A DNA stretch of 61,021 nt. It comes from a bacterium. GTDB taxonomy: Bacteria; Cyanobacteriota; Vampirovibrionia; Gastranaerophilales; JBAXKC01. Each line of letters starts with the position of its first letter. Position 1 is the stretch's first letter. The DNA lies in assembly GCA_037137535.1 (NCBI GenBank), contig JBAXKC010000015.1, positions 1 through 61,021 of the forward strand, written 5' to 3'. Below, piece by piece: positions 31,016 through 40,090 of the stretch. The position numbers were made by a program, and so were the translations under genes. The notes under the pieces are model-generated. The model searched no databases. It was given only the letters and a program-made list of their open reading frames with translations, and was not told where the DNA came from.

Positions 31016-31776
31016 CTATTTTTCCATTCTGGTTTTCTTTTCTCTATAAAACTACTTATTCCCTCTTTATAATCTTCTAATCCTAGAAGTTCTTCTAAAT
31101 AGGCTTTTTCAGCTTGTATTAATTTCTCTTTAAATTCATTTAAATGAATATTTTTAAAGGTTTTTAAAGTTAAAGAAAGAACACTTCTACTGTTTTTTGT
31201 TATTTTTTCAATAAAAGAATTAACTTCTTCATCAAAAGTATCTTCTTTGAAAATATGATTCACAAGCCCTGCTTCATAGGCCGTTTGTGCATTTATTTTA
31301 TCACCTGTAAATATGTATTCAATTGCTTTTTTATTTGAAGTCAAATAAGGAAGTAAAACCATTGAAACAGGAGGAAAACAACCTAAAGTTATTTCACTGT
31401 GACTAAAACTAGCCTGTTCTGACGCAATTACAAAATCGCTGAATAAAGCCAATTCAGCTCCACCACCGTAACAACCACCTTTTACTACTGATAATAAAGG
31501 TATTTGCAAATCAAGCAAGGTAAAAAACACTTTATGAAAAGCTATTATCATAGGTATTGTATTTTCTAAAGAATGGTCAGTAATACTGACACCTGCCGAA
31601 AAAGCTTTGCCTTCCGCCTTTAGAACCAAAAGTTTTAAATCCTTATCGTTTGATAAATCTTCAAACATTTTATTTAAATAATTCAAATCTTCTATATTTA
31701 AAATATTTAATGGCGGTTTATTTAATACAATAATGGCATAATTATCATTTTTTTTTACTTTTATAAAATTATTCAT
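31012..31776 (-). CDS. Enoyl-CoA hydratase/isomerase (cyclohexadienoyl-CoA hydratase Dch-like)
   Basis: PPLNILNI, FSAGVSI, GGGAEL, EITLGCFPP; ATG at 31776 coupled to the upstream stop. Confidence 0.8.
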   Translation of the reverse strand: MNNFIKVKKNDNYAIIVLNKPPLNILNIEDLNYLNKMFEDLSNDKDLKLLVLKAEGKAFSAGVSITDHSLENTIPMIIAFHKVFFTLLDLQIPLLSVVKGGCYGGGAELALFSDFVIASEQASFSHSEITLGCFPPVSMVLLPYLTSNKKAIEYIFTGDKINAQTAYEAGLVNHIFKEDTFDEEVNSFIEKITKNSRSVLSLTLKTFKNIHLNEFKEKLIQAEKAYLEELLGLEDYKEGISSFIEKRKPEWKNS

Positions 31777-32726
31777 AGTTTTGTTCCACATTTACCGCAA
31801 AATTCAAATTCTTCAGGAAGATATTTTGTCTGACATTCGCTACATTCTTTTAAATTAGCTCCCCATAGAGATTCTGAAGAAAGTCCACTTTTTGCACGTT
31901 CTCTCAATTTAATATAATCAGGTTTTCTTTTTTCAACAAAACCTTGCATTCCTTCATGTGTTTCATAGGAAGAAAAATGCACGCTTAACCAATCCCTTGC
32001 ATGACCTATTGTTTGATTCCATGCAAAATCTTTCCAGAAGTTTAATTGTTGCTTTGTATATCTTGTACATTCAGGAAATTTATTTAAAAGTTTTTCTACA
32101 ACTTCATCAACTTTTTCATCAAGTTCTTCCATAGGTACGACATAATTTATCAAGCCCCATTCTTTTGCCTGTTGAGCTGATATTGGCTCATTAAGCATAA
32201 GAATTTCTCTAGCTCTTCTATCTCCAACCATTAAAGGTAATATTTGAGTAGCTCCACCTGCGGCAACACTTCCTACGCTCGTTCCAACCTGCCTGATAGT
32301 TACATGTTCAGCTGCAATTGCAAAATCACAAGAAAGGTTTATCTCATTACCTCCACCTGTAACCATACCGTTTAATCTTGCAATGGTCGGTTTTCCACTA
32401 TTTCTTAAAAGATCATGAAACTGATTAAAAACACCCATCCACTTCCAGAAATCTCTTGGACGCTTTATAAACTCACCTGCGTATTCTTTTACATCTCCAC
32501 CTGTGCAAAAAGCCTTTTCACCTGCTCCTGTTATTACAATAACAGCTATACCATCATCCCAAACAGCGTCTTGAAGGGCTTTTATCATTTCTTTTAACGT
32601 TATTATGCTGTAAGCATTATAAACTTGAGGTCTATTTATTGTAATAGTAGCCTTCCAGCCTTTTTTATCATAAATTATTTCATTAAATTCAAAGTCTGAT
32701 GCTTTTTTAGCCTTAAAAAAATCCAT
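31773..32726 (-). CDS. Ring-opening crotonase (Oah/BadI/MenB subgroup) with a C-terminal zinc ribbon
   Basis: FCTGGDVKE, GGGNE, QVGTSVGSVAAGGATQ; CSEC ... FCGKCG. Confidence 0.8.
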   Translation of the reverse strand: MDFFKAKKASDFEFNEIIYDKKGWKATITINRPQVYNAYSIITLKEMIKALQDAVWDDGIAVIVITGAGEKAFCTGGDVKEYAGEFIKRPRDFWKWMGVFNQFHDLLRNSGKPTIARLNGMVTGGGNEINLSCDFAIAAEHVTIRQVGTSVGSVAAGGATQILPLMVGDRRAREILMLNEPISAQQAKEWGLINYVVPMEELDEKVDEVVEKLLNKFPECTRYTKQQLNFWKDFAWNQTIGHARDWLSVHFSSYETHEGMQGFVEKRKPDYIKLRERAKSGLSSESLWGANLKECSECQTKYLPEEFEFCGKCGTKL

Positions 32727-32990
32727 AAATTAAACCTCTTTTCGATTTTTCTAATTATACCAATATTAAAACTTATTTGATATTAGTTAATTTGTATCAC
32801 TAAAAACACCGTTATTATTAGCTTTATAACATTGGTTCAACTCAAAAAGGTCTATGGTGTAGACCATTGGATTTATTTTAAGGCTGTAAACCCTATGGTC
32901 GATGATTTAAGTTAGCTATTAATTTAATCTATTTATAGTATTGTGAACGAGTTTCATAATCAAAAATCATTATTTTAAAGGGGTAAGGGG

Positions 32991-34241
32991 ATGAATATTA
33001 ATAGAAGCAAGATACTTTTAGGGGTGGCAGTAGGGTTTATTTTTGGAACTCTTCCTGTGTTTGCTTATGAAGGAGCAATTCTTTCTGAAATAGAAATTAA
33101 TCCTTATAATGAATCAAATTATCAGTTTATTTTAAAAACCGATAAAAAAATACCTATTCAGAAAATTATATCCTCTGATAACAAGGTTATTCTTAAATTA
33201 AAACATACTAGACCTGCTAAATTTGTTAATACTGTCTATAATACTTCTTCTGTTGATAATATTATCATTCAACCTTCCTCAGATGATGAAGTTAAAATCT
33301 ACATTGAAGGAATGAATGCGGCTCAAAGTTATATTTCACTGGAAACAGCTGACAACGGATTAGACTTTATGCCTCCCGTACAGACAGCTGCTACTGATAC
33401 TCAACCCCCAATTGCAAAAGCGTCAGTAGTTAATACAAGCCAAAAGGCCGTTCCGACAAATACAAATATTAAAGCAGCGCCAACTTCAACACCTGTAAAC
33501 GTAGAACCTAAGAATTTAAATGAACAAATACCTGAAAATGTAGTACAAGTGAATAACAAACCTGACTTTAAACCAGCTATAGTCATGCCGGAAGCAACAA
33601 GTGAAGAAAAAAACAACATAAAACAAACAGAAGGCGGTTCTCACTTAGGATTATTAAAGAAAATTTTTGGTTCTTCGTTAATTGATAATATTATAAGAGG
33701 TTTAGCTCTTTTAGTCATTATGTTAGGAGCTTTCAAGTTCTTAAAACCAAGAGAAAAACAAGTTAAAATCAACCTTAACTCAAACCACAACATAAAAGAC
33801 AGAGAAGCTGACTTATTTAAACAACTAAACAACAGCAGAGGTTTAATAGGTTCAAGTTTAAAATCATCCTACGACAAGCAAACACCATTAAAAAGAAACA
33901 CATCTTCGGTTAATTACGGACTAAAAGAATATCAAAACAGTCAAGTTGCACCAAAATCAATGGGATTAAAATCACCTCCAAGATTTTCAGCAGAAGATAT
34001 AGGGTTCAAACCATCACTAAGTCATGACGTTTCTCTAGGATTAAACAGAACTAAAAAAGCCTCAATCAACACTCAAACAAGACAACCAGCCTCAAGAGTT
34101 ACGCAAAATGACATAAACTCGGCAAAAGTAAATATCGACAATGTAAAATTCTTAGAAACAATGGCAGGTATTTATGAAAAAAGTGGAAGAACTGATTTAG
34201 CTTCAGGAATCCAAAGCAGTTTAAGAAAAACAAACAGATAA
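32991..34241 (+). CDS. Envelope protein with an AMIN-like N-terminal domain and one TM helix
   Basis: Signal peptide (VFA-YE), beta-rich N-domain, P/T-rich linker, TM GLALLVIMLGAF. Confidence 0.65.
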   Translation: MNINRSKILLGVAVGFIFGTLPVFAYEGAILSEIEINPYNESNYQFILKTDKKIPIQKIISSDNKVILKLKHTRPAKFVNTVYNTSSVDNIIIQPSSDDEVKIYIEGMNAAQSYISLETADNGLDFMPPVQTAATDTQPPIAKASVVNTSQKAVPTNTNIKAAPTSTPVNVEPKNLNEQIPENVVQVNNKPDFKPAIVMPEATSEEKNNIKQTEGGSHLGLLKKIFGSSLIDNIIRGLALLVIMLGAFKFLKPREKQVKINLNSNHNIKDREADLFKQLNNSRGLIGSSLKSSYDKQTPLKRNTSSVNYGLKEYQNSQVAPKSMGLKSPPRFSAEDIGFKPSLSHDVSLGLNRTKKASINTQTRQPASRVTQNDINSAKVNIDNVKFLETMAGIYEKSGRTDLASGIQSSLRKTNR

Positions 34242-34297
34242 TAGATAACAAAAAAATCTCTCTTTTAAAAAGAGAGATTTTTTATTGTGATTTAATA

Positions 34298-34621
34298 TTA
34301 TTGTTTTTCTTTATGATTAAAGCTATTTTTTATCTTATTAAAAATACTTGGACCATAAGTAACAACTACACCTATTGCTAATCCCGAAGCAACAGAGCTT
34401 ATTATATTTCTTACCATTGAACCTTTTGTTAATTCCTTTAATTGTTCGGGAGTGAAAGAATCTTTCATTTTATTTCTTAAAGAACGTGAATTTAACTCAT
34501 AAGCTACAGCATTTACTTTAGCAGCTGTTAATCCTATAAGAACAGCTTTTTGTGGGGACGGCTTACTTTGAGTTTCAGGCTTTTTTATTAATTGTGTATC
34601 ACTTTTAAAACTTATATTCAT
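34298..34621 (-). CDS. Small orphan membrane protein with an 'MNISFKS' start
   Basis: AAGGAG RBS before ATG 34621 (the longer ORF start overlaps the promoter motif); two hydrophobic segments. Confidence 0.75.
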   Translation of the reverse strand: MNISFKSDTQLIKKPETQSKPSPQKAVLIGLTAAKVNAVAYELNSRSLRNKMKDSFTPEQLKELTKGSMVRNIISSVASGLAIGVVVTYGPSIFNKIKNSFNHKEKQ

Positions 34622-34652
34622 TGATTGGCTCCTTTGTTTTAGACTTTTTTTA

Positions 34653-34681
34653 TATAAAAACAAAAAGTTCTAAATAAATGA
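34653..34681 (-). promoter_or_regulatory. Orphan-gene promoter motif TCATTT-N14-GTTTTTATATA
   Basis: Same spacing as the other sites; weaker upstream box. Confidence 0.55.
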
Positions 34682-34785
34682 CAGTATAGTCTTAGATAAC
34701 CATACTGTCAATTTATATTAATAATAAAAACTAAAGAAGAATATCTGTTAGTTATATAGATTTTTGCCTAATTTAAAAATCTATA

Positions 34786-35415
34786 TTATTCTTTCGTTTC
34801 AAACTTATCTTGTAATTCTTTTCCATATTCAAAATATTTGGTAAAATCACTATTTTTAAAATCATCAAGATTTATTTGTTTACCCTCTTGTTCTTTCATT
34901 TCACAAAAACCTAAAACGGCTAACCCTTTTTTATTAGTAAAGTACATAGATGAATCATCAGTATCATAAGAACTTTTTTCATTTAAAGAATTATCAAATT
35001 TGTCAAAATCCTGAACATTAGTATTATAAATTTTACTTATTGCATAAGAAGTTACGTTACTTATTGCTTTAATACTCGCATTACAATCAGTAAGACATGT
35101 ACAATAAGCCTGTGTCGCCTCCATTGCTTTATTACTGAGTTCTATTGCCTTTAAACTTTCTCTTACTTGTTTTTCACCTTTAAATGATATTTTATTTAGT
35201 TCTATATTATGAATTGTGTTTACATCTTTATTTGATGATTTTAAATTTATATAATTAATTGAGAGGTTTCTTGTGGCTATTGATGTTTTTGAATCAATTA
35301 AACCATTATTACTTAATTGAGCTTTATTTTCAGTTTTATTATTTATTAAAACTTCTTTGCTTTTTACATTTTTTGTTAAAATATTAGTATTTGTATTTCG
35401 ATTAAGAGTTATCAT
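34786..35415 (-). CDS. Orphan leader-bearing protein A (MITLNR ... ISFKG)
   Basis: About 90-aa N-terminus and about 35-aa C-terminus nearly identical to 35469-36074. Confidence 0.8.
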   Translation of the reverse strand: MITLNRNTNTNILTKNVKSKEVLINNKTENKAQLSNNGLIDSKTSIATRNLSINYINLKSSNKDVNTIHNIELNKISFKGEKQVRESLKAIELSNKAMEATQAYCTCLTDCNASIKAISNVTSYAISKIYNTNVQDFDKFDNSLNEKSSYDTDDSSMYFTNKKGLAVLGFCEMKEQEGKQINLDDFKNSDFTKYFEYGKELQDKFETKE

Positions 35416-35468
35416 TTTTTATTCCATTATTCTATATTTACGCTATTTATTAACTTATTTATTTTTAA

Positions 35469-36074
35469 TTATTGTTTATTTTTAAATTTTTCTTTTAATT
35501 CTTTTCCATATTCATGATATTTTGAAAAATCACTATTTTTAAAATCATCCAAATTTATTTTTTTATCATCTTGTTCTTTCATTTCACAAAAACCTAAAAC
35601 AGCTAAAGCAGAAAACTCAACAAAAATTGGATCTAATAATAATAATGAATCTATCAAATTAGAAGAGAAACTACCTTCGGTATTATAAATTTTAGTTATT
35701 TTATTAAACAACTCACTAATTGTTTGATATTTGAGTGCAGGACCTAAACCTGGTGGTATCAAACTACTTTCACTCATTCGTGAATAAATTAAAGCCTTTT
35801 CTATTACCTTCAAACTTTCTCTTACTTGTTTTTCACCTTTAAATGATATTTTATTGGACTCTACATTATGAATTGTGTTTACATCTTTTTTTGACGACTT
35901 TAAATTAATATAATTAATTGAGAGGTTTCTTGCGGCTATTGATGTTTTTGAATCAATTAAACCATTATTACTTAATTGAGCTTTATTTTCAGTTTTATTA
36001 TTTATTAAAACTTCTTTGCTTTTTACGTTTTTTGTTAAAATATTAACATTTGTATTTCTATTAAGAGTAATCAT
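35469..36074 (-). CDS. Orphan leader-bearing protein B (MITLNR ... ISFKG)
   Basis: Tandem paralog of 34786-35415 with a divergent central region. Confidence 0.8.
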   Translation of the reverse strand: MITLNRNTNVNILTKNVKSKEVLINNKTENKAQLSNNGLIDSKTSIAARNLSINYINLKSSKKDVNTIHNVESNKISFKGEKQVRESLKVIEKALIYSRMSESSLIPPGLGPALKYQTISELFNKITKIYNTEGSFSSNLIDSLLLLDPIFVEFSALAVLGFCEMKEQDDKKINLDDFKNSDFSKYHEYGKELKEKFKNKQ

Positions 36075-36164
36075 TATGTTTCCTTTTTACACATATAGAT
36101 TATTTAAAAAGAATACTAGTAGATAAAAGTATAATAATATTCACTAGTAAAGTTTATAAATAAG

Positions 36165-36956
36165 TTATTTAGCGTTTTTTAAATCTTTTGGACCAAAAGA
36201 TTTAGGTAATAGATTTTTTAAGGTTTCAATTTGTAATGGAGTATCTGGAATTACAGTTCCTAAAATAATTTTAGCATTTTCTTCATTATTAAATTCTTCA
36301 ATAACTTGTCGACAAGCTCCACAAGGAGAAGCAGGTTCAGGTGCTTCTTTTACCACAATAGCTAAACCTGCTATTTGTACTGCACTACCATCTTTATTAT
36401 GCCCCTCATTTGCTACCATGTTAAATAAAGCCACTCTTTCAGCACAAACAGTAAGACCATAACTAGAATTTTCTACATTACAACCTTTGTAAATTTTTCC
36501 GTTCTCGCTTATTACAGCTGCACCAACATGATAATTAGAATAAGGCGCATAAGATTTATCAGTTTGTTTTATGGAAATATCAAATAGTAATCTAGCTACT
36601 TTATCATCTATCATATCAGGTGTTATTTTGCCTACTGTTTTTATTTTTTTATCAAGTATAGCTTGCAATTCTTTTTCAGGATTATAATTAACTTCAGGTT
36701 TTATAGCAGAATCAATTGTTGAAGAAACAGCAATTCCCTCTACAGCAGCAAGAAACTCTCTTCTTGTCATATTTTCGCCTGTAAATTTAACATTTGTTGA
36801 ATAGTAAGCTTGTAAATTAGGTAAATTAAATTTAGATAGATTATGTTTATCTATACTTTTTTTTATAATTAACGGACTTAATTCTTTTTTTTTAATATTT
36901 TCTAATAATTTTGTCTTATTATTTATCATGGAATTTCGCTCATTAATATTTATCAT
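36165..36956 (-). CDS. cdd: Cytidine deaminase with an N-terminal extension of about 120 aa
   Basis: SYAPYSNYHVGAA, GCNVEN, CAE and PCGACRQ (Cys-type CDA); leader contains NLQAYY..NVKFTG. Confidence 0.88.
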   Translation of the reverse strand: MININERNSMINNKTKLLENIKKKELSPLIIKKSIDKHNLSKFNLPNLQAYYSTNVKFTGENMTRREFLAAVEGIAVSSTIDSAIKPEVNYNPEKELQAILDKKIKTVGKITPDMIDDKVARLLFDISIKQTDKSYAPYSNYHVGAAVISENGKIYKGCNVENSSYGLTVCAERVALFNMVANEGHNKDGSAVQIAGLAIVVKEAPEPASPCGACRQVIEEFNNEENAKIILGTVIPDTPLQIETLKNLLPKSFGPKDLKNAK

Positions 36957-37050
36957 AAATCCTCTTTTTTAAATCATATTAACTTACTTAAATTAAAAGA
37001 CCCTAATTTAGAGCCTTTTAATGTTTATTAAAATATAAAATTAATATTTT

Positions 37051-37473
37051 TTATTTTACATCATCATTCTTTTTTTCTAATTGCTTTACTTTTTCTCTTA
37101 AACACATACCATCTAAAATAAAATAACCCATTATGGCTTTACAAACATTACCAATGGTCTCTTTTAAAAGCTTTTTGTTTTTTTCAATGTTTTCACTTAA
37201 TACTTCTGGTGTTTTTTCAACAATTTTAGCAAACGATTTATTTAAATTCTGTTTATTTCTAATAGCTTCTTCTGCAACTAAACCTAGAAAAAGTAAAGTA
37301 CCTCCATTTCTCACATATTCAAAATTTCTAAGATTAATATCATTAAGTTGTTTTTTATCTTGTATTTGTCTATTAGGTTGAGTTGATAATACATCCTTAT
37401 TTGATTTAGTAATATCATTCTGAATAGTAGATTTAAAAGTTGGAGTATTAGTCTTAAAGGTTGAAATGTTCAT
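37051..37473 (-). CDS. Small orphan membrane-hairpin protein with a 'PTFKS' leader
   Basis: 140 aa; AGGAG RBS; two hydrophobic segments. Confidence 0.7.
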   Translation of the reverse strand: MNISTFKTNTPTFKSTIQNDITKSNKDVLSTQPNRQIQDKKQLNDINLRNFEYVRNGGTLLFLGLVAEEAIRNKQNLNKSFAKIVEKTPEVLSENIEKNKKLLKETIGNVCKAIMGYFILDGMCLREKVKQLEKKNDDVK

Positions 37474-37482
37474 TTTTTCTCC

Positions 37483-38398
37483 TTATTTCTTTTGTTTAGT
37501 TTTCCAATAATCAATAATGTAATCTTTATTAGCGTTTGCTTCTTTAGCATATTTTGATATTTCTTCTGGAGTCATTTGTTCTATATCAAGACCTCTTTCT
37601 TTTGTTATCTCCATCAATCCAGTAAAAATAACACCCAATGTAGTTGTCGTTCCATAAGCTACAGCTGCATTAGCTGCATTTCCAAAACCAGGGAACCAAG
37701 ATATAAATTTTACAGCAATTTGAGGACCAACAACAGATAAAACAGCTGGTCCAGAGACAGCGGTCATAACATTTTTAATATTTTTAATTCCATAAACTGC
37801 TGCAATTCCAGCACACATAGCACCTTGTATTGTAGTTACAGCTGCAGTATCAAGTACACCTGTTTGAGCTAAAGAACCAGCTGTTGCTGATGCTGATACA
37901 GCAGCTGCTTGACAAACAGCAAGTGATTTTAATAATCTTTCATTTCTCATATCTTCTCTTACACCTAAAAATGAAAGTTTTTCACTTTTATTCTGTTTTA
38001 CTGGAATCAAAGCAACATCTTTACCAACCTGCATTATCTCTTTTAAAGATGTAATTTCTTTTTCTTCTTCTTCTGTTGTTGCATTTTTTAATGATAAATC
38101 TAATGCTTTTATAGTATAATCAATTGAAGGAAGTAAATCTTTTGATTTTAAAATTTTTCCTTCAAACTCATGTTCAATAGACTGTCCTTCTTTAATAAAC
38201 TTCGTTTCATCTATTTGTTCTACCGAGGATTTAAAATTAATTTGATTAAGTTGTAAATTTCTAACAGCCATAGATGCTTTAGAATCAACTAAAGCACTTG
38301 ATGACAAACCAGCTTTATTTTCAATACTATTTAAAGCTATTGTTTGTTTGTTTGTTTGTTTCACGACTAAAAGTCAATCCTTTGTTAAGGGTAATCAT
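37483..38398 (-). pseudogene. Leader-bearing DUF697/YcjF-like membrane protein, frameshifted at an (AAAC)5 tract
   Basis: AGGAG RBS plus ATG 38398 gives MITLNKGLTFSRETNKQTNNSFK* (stop at 38327-38329); removing one AAAC fuses it to the 293-aa ORF; leader homologous to 34786/35469. Confidence 0.75.
38342..38361. repeat. Tetranucleotide SSR (GTTT)5, read as (AAAC)5 on the coding strand
   Basis: Directly visible; lies in the 5' coding region. Confidence 0.95.
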
Positions 38399-38420
38399 TT
38401 CTTTGCTCCTAATTACTTAA

Positions 38421-38452
38421 TATATATAAAACCAAAAGTTTCAAACAATTGA
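38421..38452 (-). promoter_or_regulatory. Orphan-gene promoter motif TCAATT-N13-GGTTTTATATATA
   Basis: Heads the 38398-34786 orphan array. Confidence 0.65.
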
Positions 38453-38523
38453 TAGTATAATCGGCTAATATTTTAGAGTCAAATAAAACATATTATTATA
38501 TTAAGTTTAATTTATATTATTAA

Positions 38524-39819
38524 TTAAAACGAAAGAAGAATACCTGCTATAGTAGCAGAGAGATAAGAAGCCATTGTTCCGCAAACTAGAGCTTTTAATC
38601 CTATCTTAGCAAGGTCTTTTGCTCTTGTAGGAGCTAGTTGACCAATACCGCCAATCTGTATTGCAACAGAACTAAGGTTTGCAAATCCGCAAAGAGCAAA
38701 AGTAGCAATTGCTATTGATTTAGGTGAAAGAGTAGCGGCTGCCGTTCCTTTTATTGCAGGTAACAAATCAAGATAAGCTACAAATTCATTTAATACAAGT
38801 TTTGTTCCCATAAGTTGTCCGACAAAACCCGCATCTTTCCACGGAACACCCATAAGCCAAGCAAATATAGAGAATACACTTCCAATAATGCCCTTTAAGC
38901 TTATATGAGTAACATCAACACCAATAAAACCAAGATTTACACCCATATGTCCCATTACAAGACCAAGTTTAGCAACGCTTGCATCGAACATATTTATTAC
39001 GGCAACAAAACCTATAAGCATAGCTATTACGTTAATTGATATTTTCATACCGTCACTTGCCCCATGAGCAAGAGCATCAATAACGTTAATGGAATTATTT
39101 TCCACATGCAGTTTAATCTCACCCTTTGTTTCAGATTTTTCTGTTTCGGGATAAACCATCTTTGCTATAACAAGAGCACCAGGAGCTGCCATAATGCTTG
39201 CGGTTAAAAGATATTGAGCAGGAATACCCATACTTATGTAAACAGCCATAACTCCGCCTGAAATACAAGCAAAACTCCCTGCCATGGATGCCATAAGTTC
39301 TGACATTGTCATACCTGGAACATAAGGTTTTATAAGAATTTGAGCTTCAACTTGTCCGACAAAAACACTTCCTGCATTAGAAAGAGCTTCACTTCCACTA
39401 ACACCCATAAGTTTTAAAACAACCTTAGCTATTATTGATATAAAAAATTGCATTATTCCTAAGTGATAAGCAAGACTGACAAGAGCTGAAACAAAAATAA
39501 TTGTAGGAGCTACTTTAAATACAAAGATAAAATCATTACCCGCTCCAAAAGCATGTGTAAGCAAATGATTATTCATAAGAGGCCCAAATACAAATTCTCC
39601 GCCCTTATCTGAAAATTTCAAAAGAGTTGTTATAAGTGCGCCTGCTTTTGAAAAAATAGTTGAACCTATTTGAGTTTTTAAAACAAAAAGTGCTAAAAGT
39701 AATTGTATTAATAAACCTGATCCTATAATTCTCCAATTAATAGCTTTTCTGTTGTTAGATAACAAATAAGCAATACCAAGTATTGCAATAACTCCAAAAA
39801 TTCCGGAAAATTTATCCAC
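38524..39819 (-). CDS. nupC: NupC/CNT family nucleoside transporter
   Basis: LSNNRKAINWR, FVGQVEA, KLVLNEFVAY, FALCGFANLSS. Confidence 0.94.
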   Translation of the reverse strand: MDKFSGIFGVIAILGIAYLLSNNRKAINWRIIGSGLLIQLLLALFVLKTQIGSTIFSKAGALITTLLKFSDKGGEFVFGPLMNNHLLTHAFGAGNDFIFVFKVAPTIIFVSALVSLAYHLGIMQFFISIIAKVVLKLMGVSGSEALSNAGSVFVGQVEAQILIKPYVPGMTMSELMASMAGSFACISGGVMAVYISMGIPAQYLLTASIMAAPGALVIAKMVYPETEKSETKGEIKLHVENNSINVIDALAHGASDGMKISINVIAMLIGFVAVINMFDASVAKLGLVMGHMGVNLGFIGVDVTHISLKGIIGSVFSIFAWLMGVPWKDAGFVGQLMGTKLVLNEFVAYLDLLPAIKGTAAATLSPKSIAIATFALCGFANLSSVAIQIGGIGQLAPTRAKDLAKIGLKALVCGTMASYLSATIAGILLSF

Positions 39820-39985
39820 AAATAACCCCCTTAAACTCTCATTGCTATATTTTGATTTTACAGGAAATTTTTATTTTTATAAACAAAAATAAATCACTTA
39901 TGCATAAAGTTTAAAAAGTAAATTAATGAATAGAAAAAATAAAAAAATCTGATAAATTTATCAGATTTTTTATAAATTTTAATTT

Positions 39986-40090
39986 TTAATAATTATCTTT
40001 TCGTATCGGTATAGGTTGTAAAAGATTTTGCCTGCCAGAATAACATCCTAATAAAAGAGTAGCCGTCGTTATAATTAAAACTGTTAGCAT
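39986..40090 (-). CDS. Small hydrophobic protein or lipopeptide MLTVLIITTATLLLGCYSGRQNLLQPIPIRKDNY (34 aa; not in the ORF track)
   Basis: TAATG coupling to the upstream gene, AAGGAG RBS, LLG-C lipobox-like motif, followed by a hairpin at 39941-39970. Confidence 0.55.
   Translation of the reverse strand: MLTVLIITTATLLLGCYSGRQNLLQPIPIRKDNY

Noticed and set aside
34786-36074. Paralog pair as diversity-generating retroelement targets
   Set aside because: The divergence includes indels and all base types, and no RT is present in the window.
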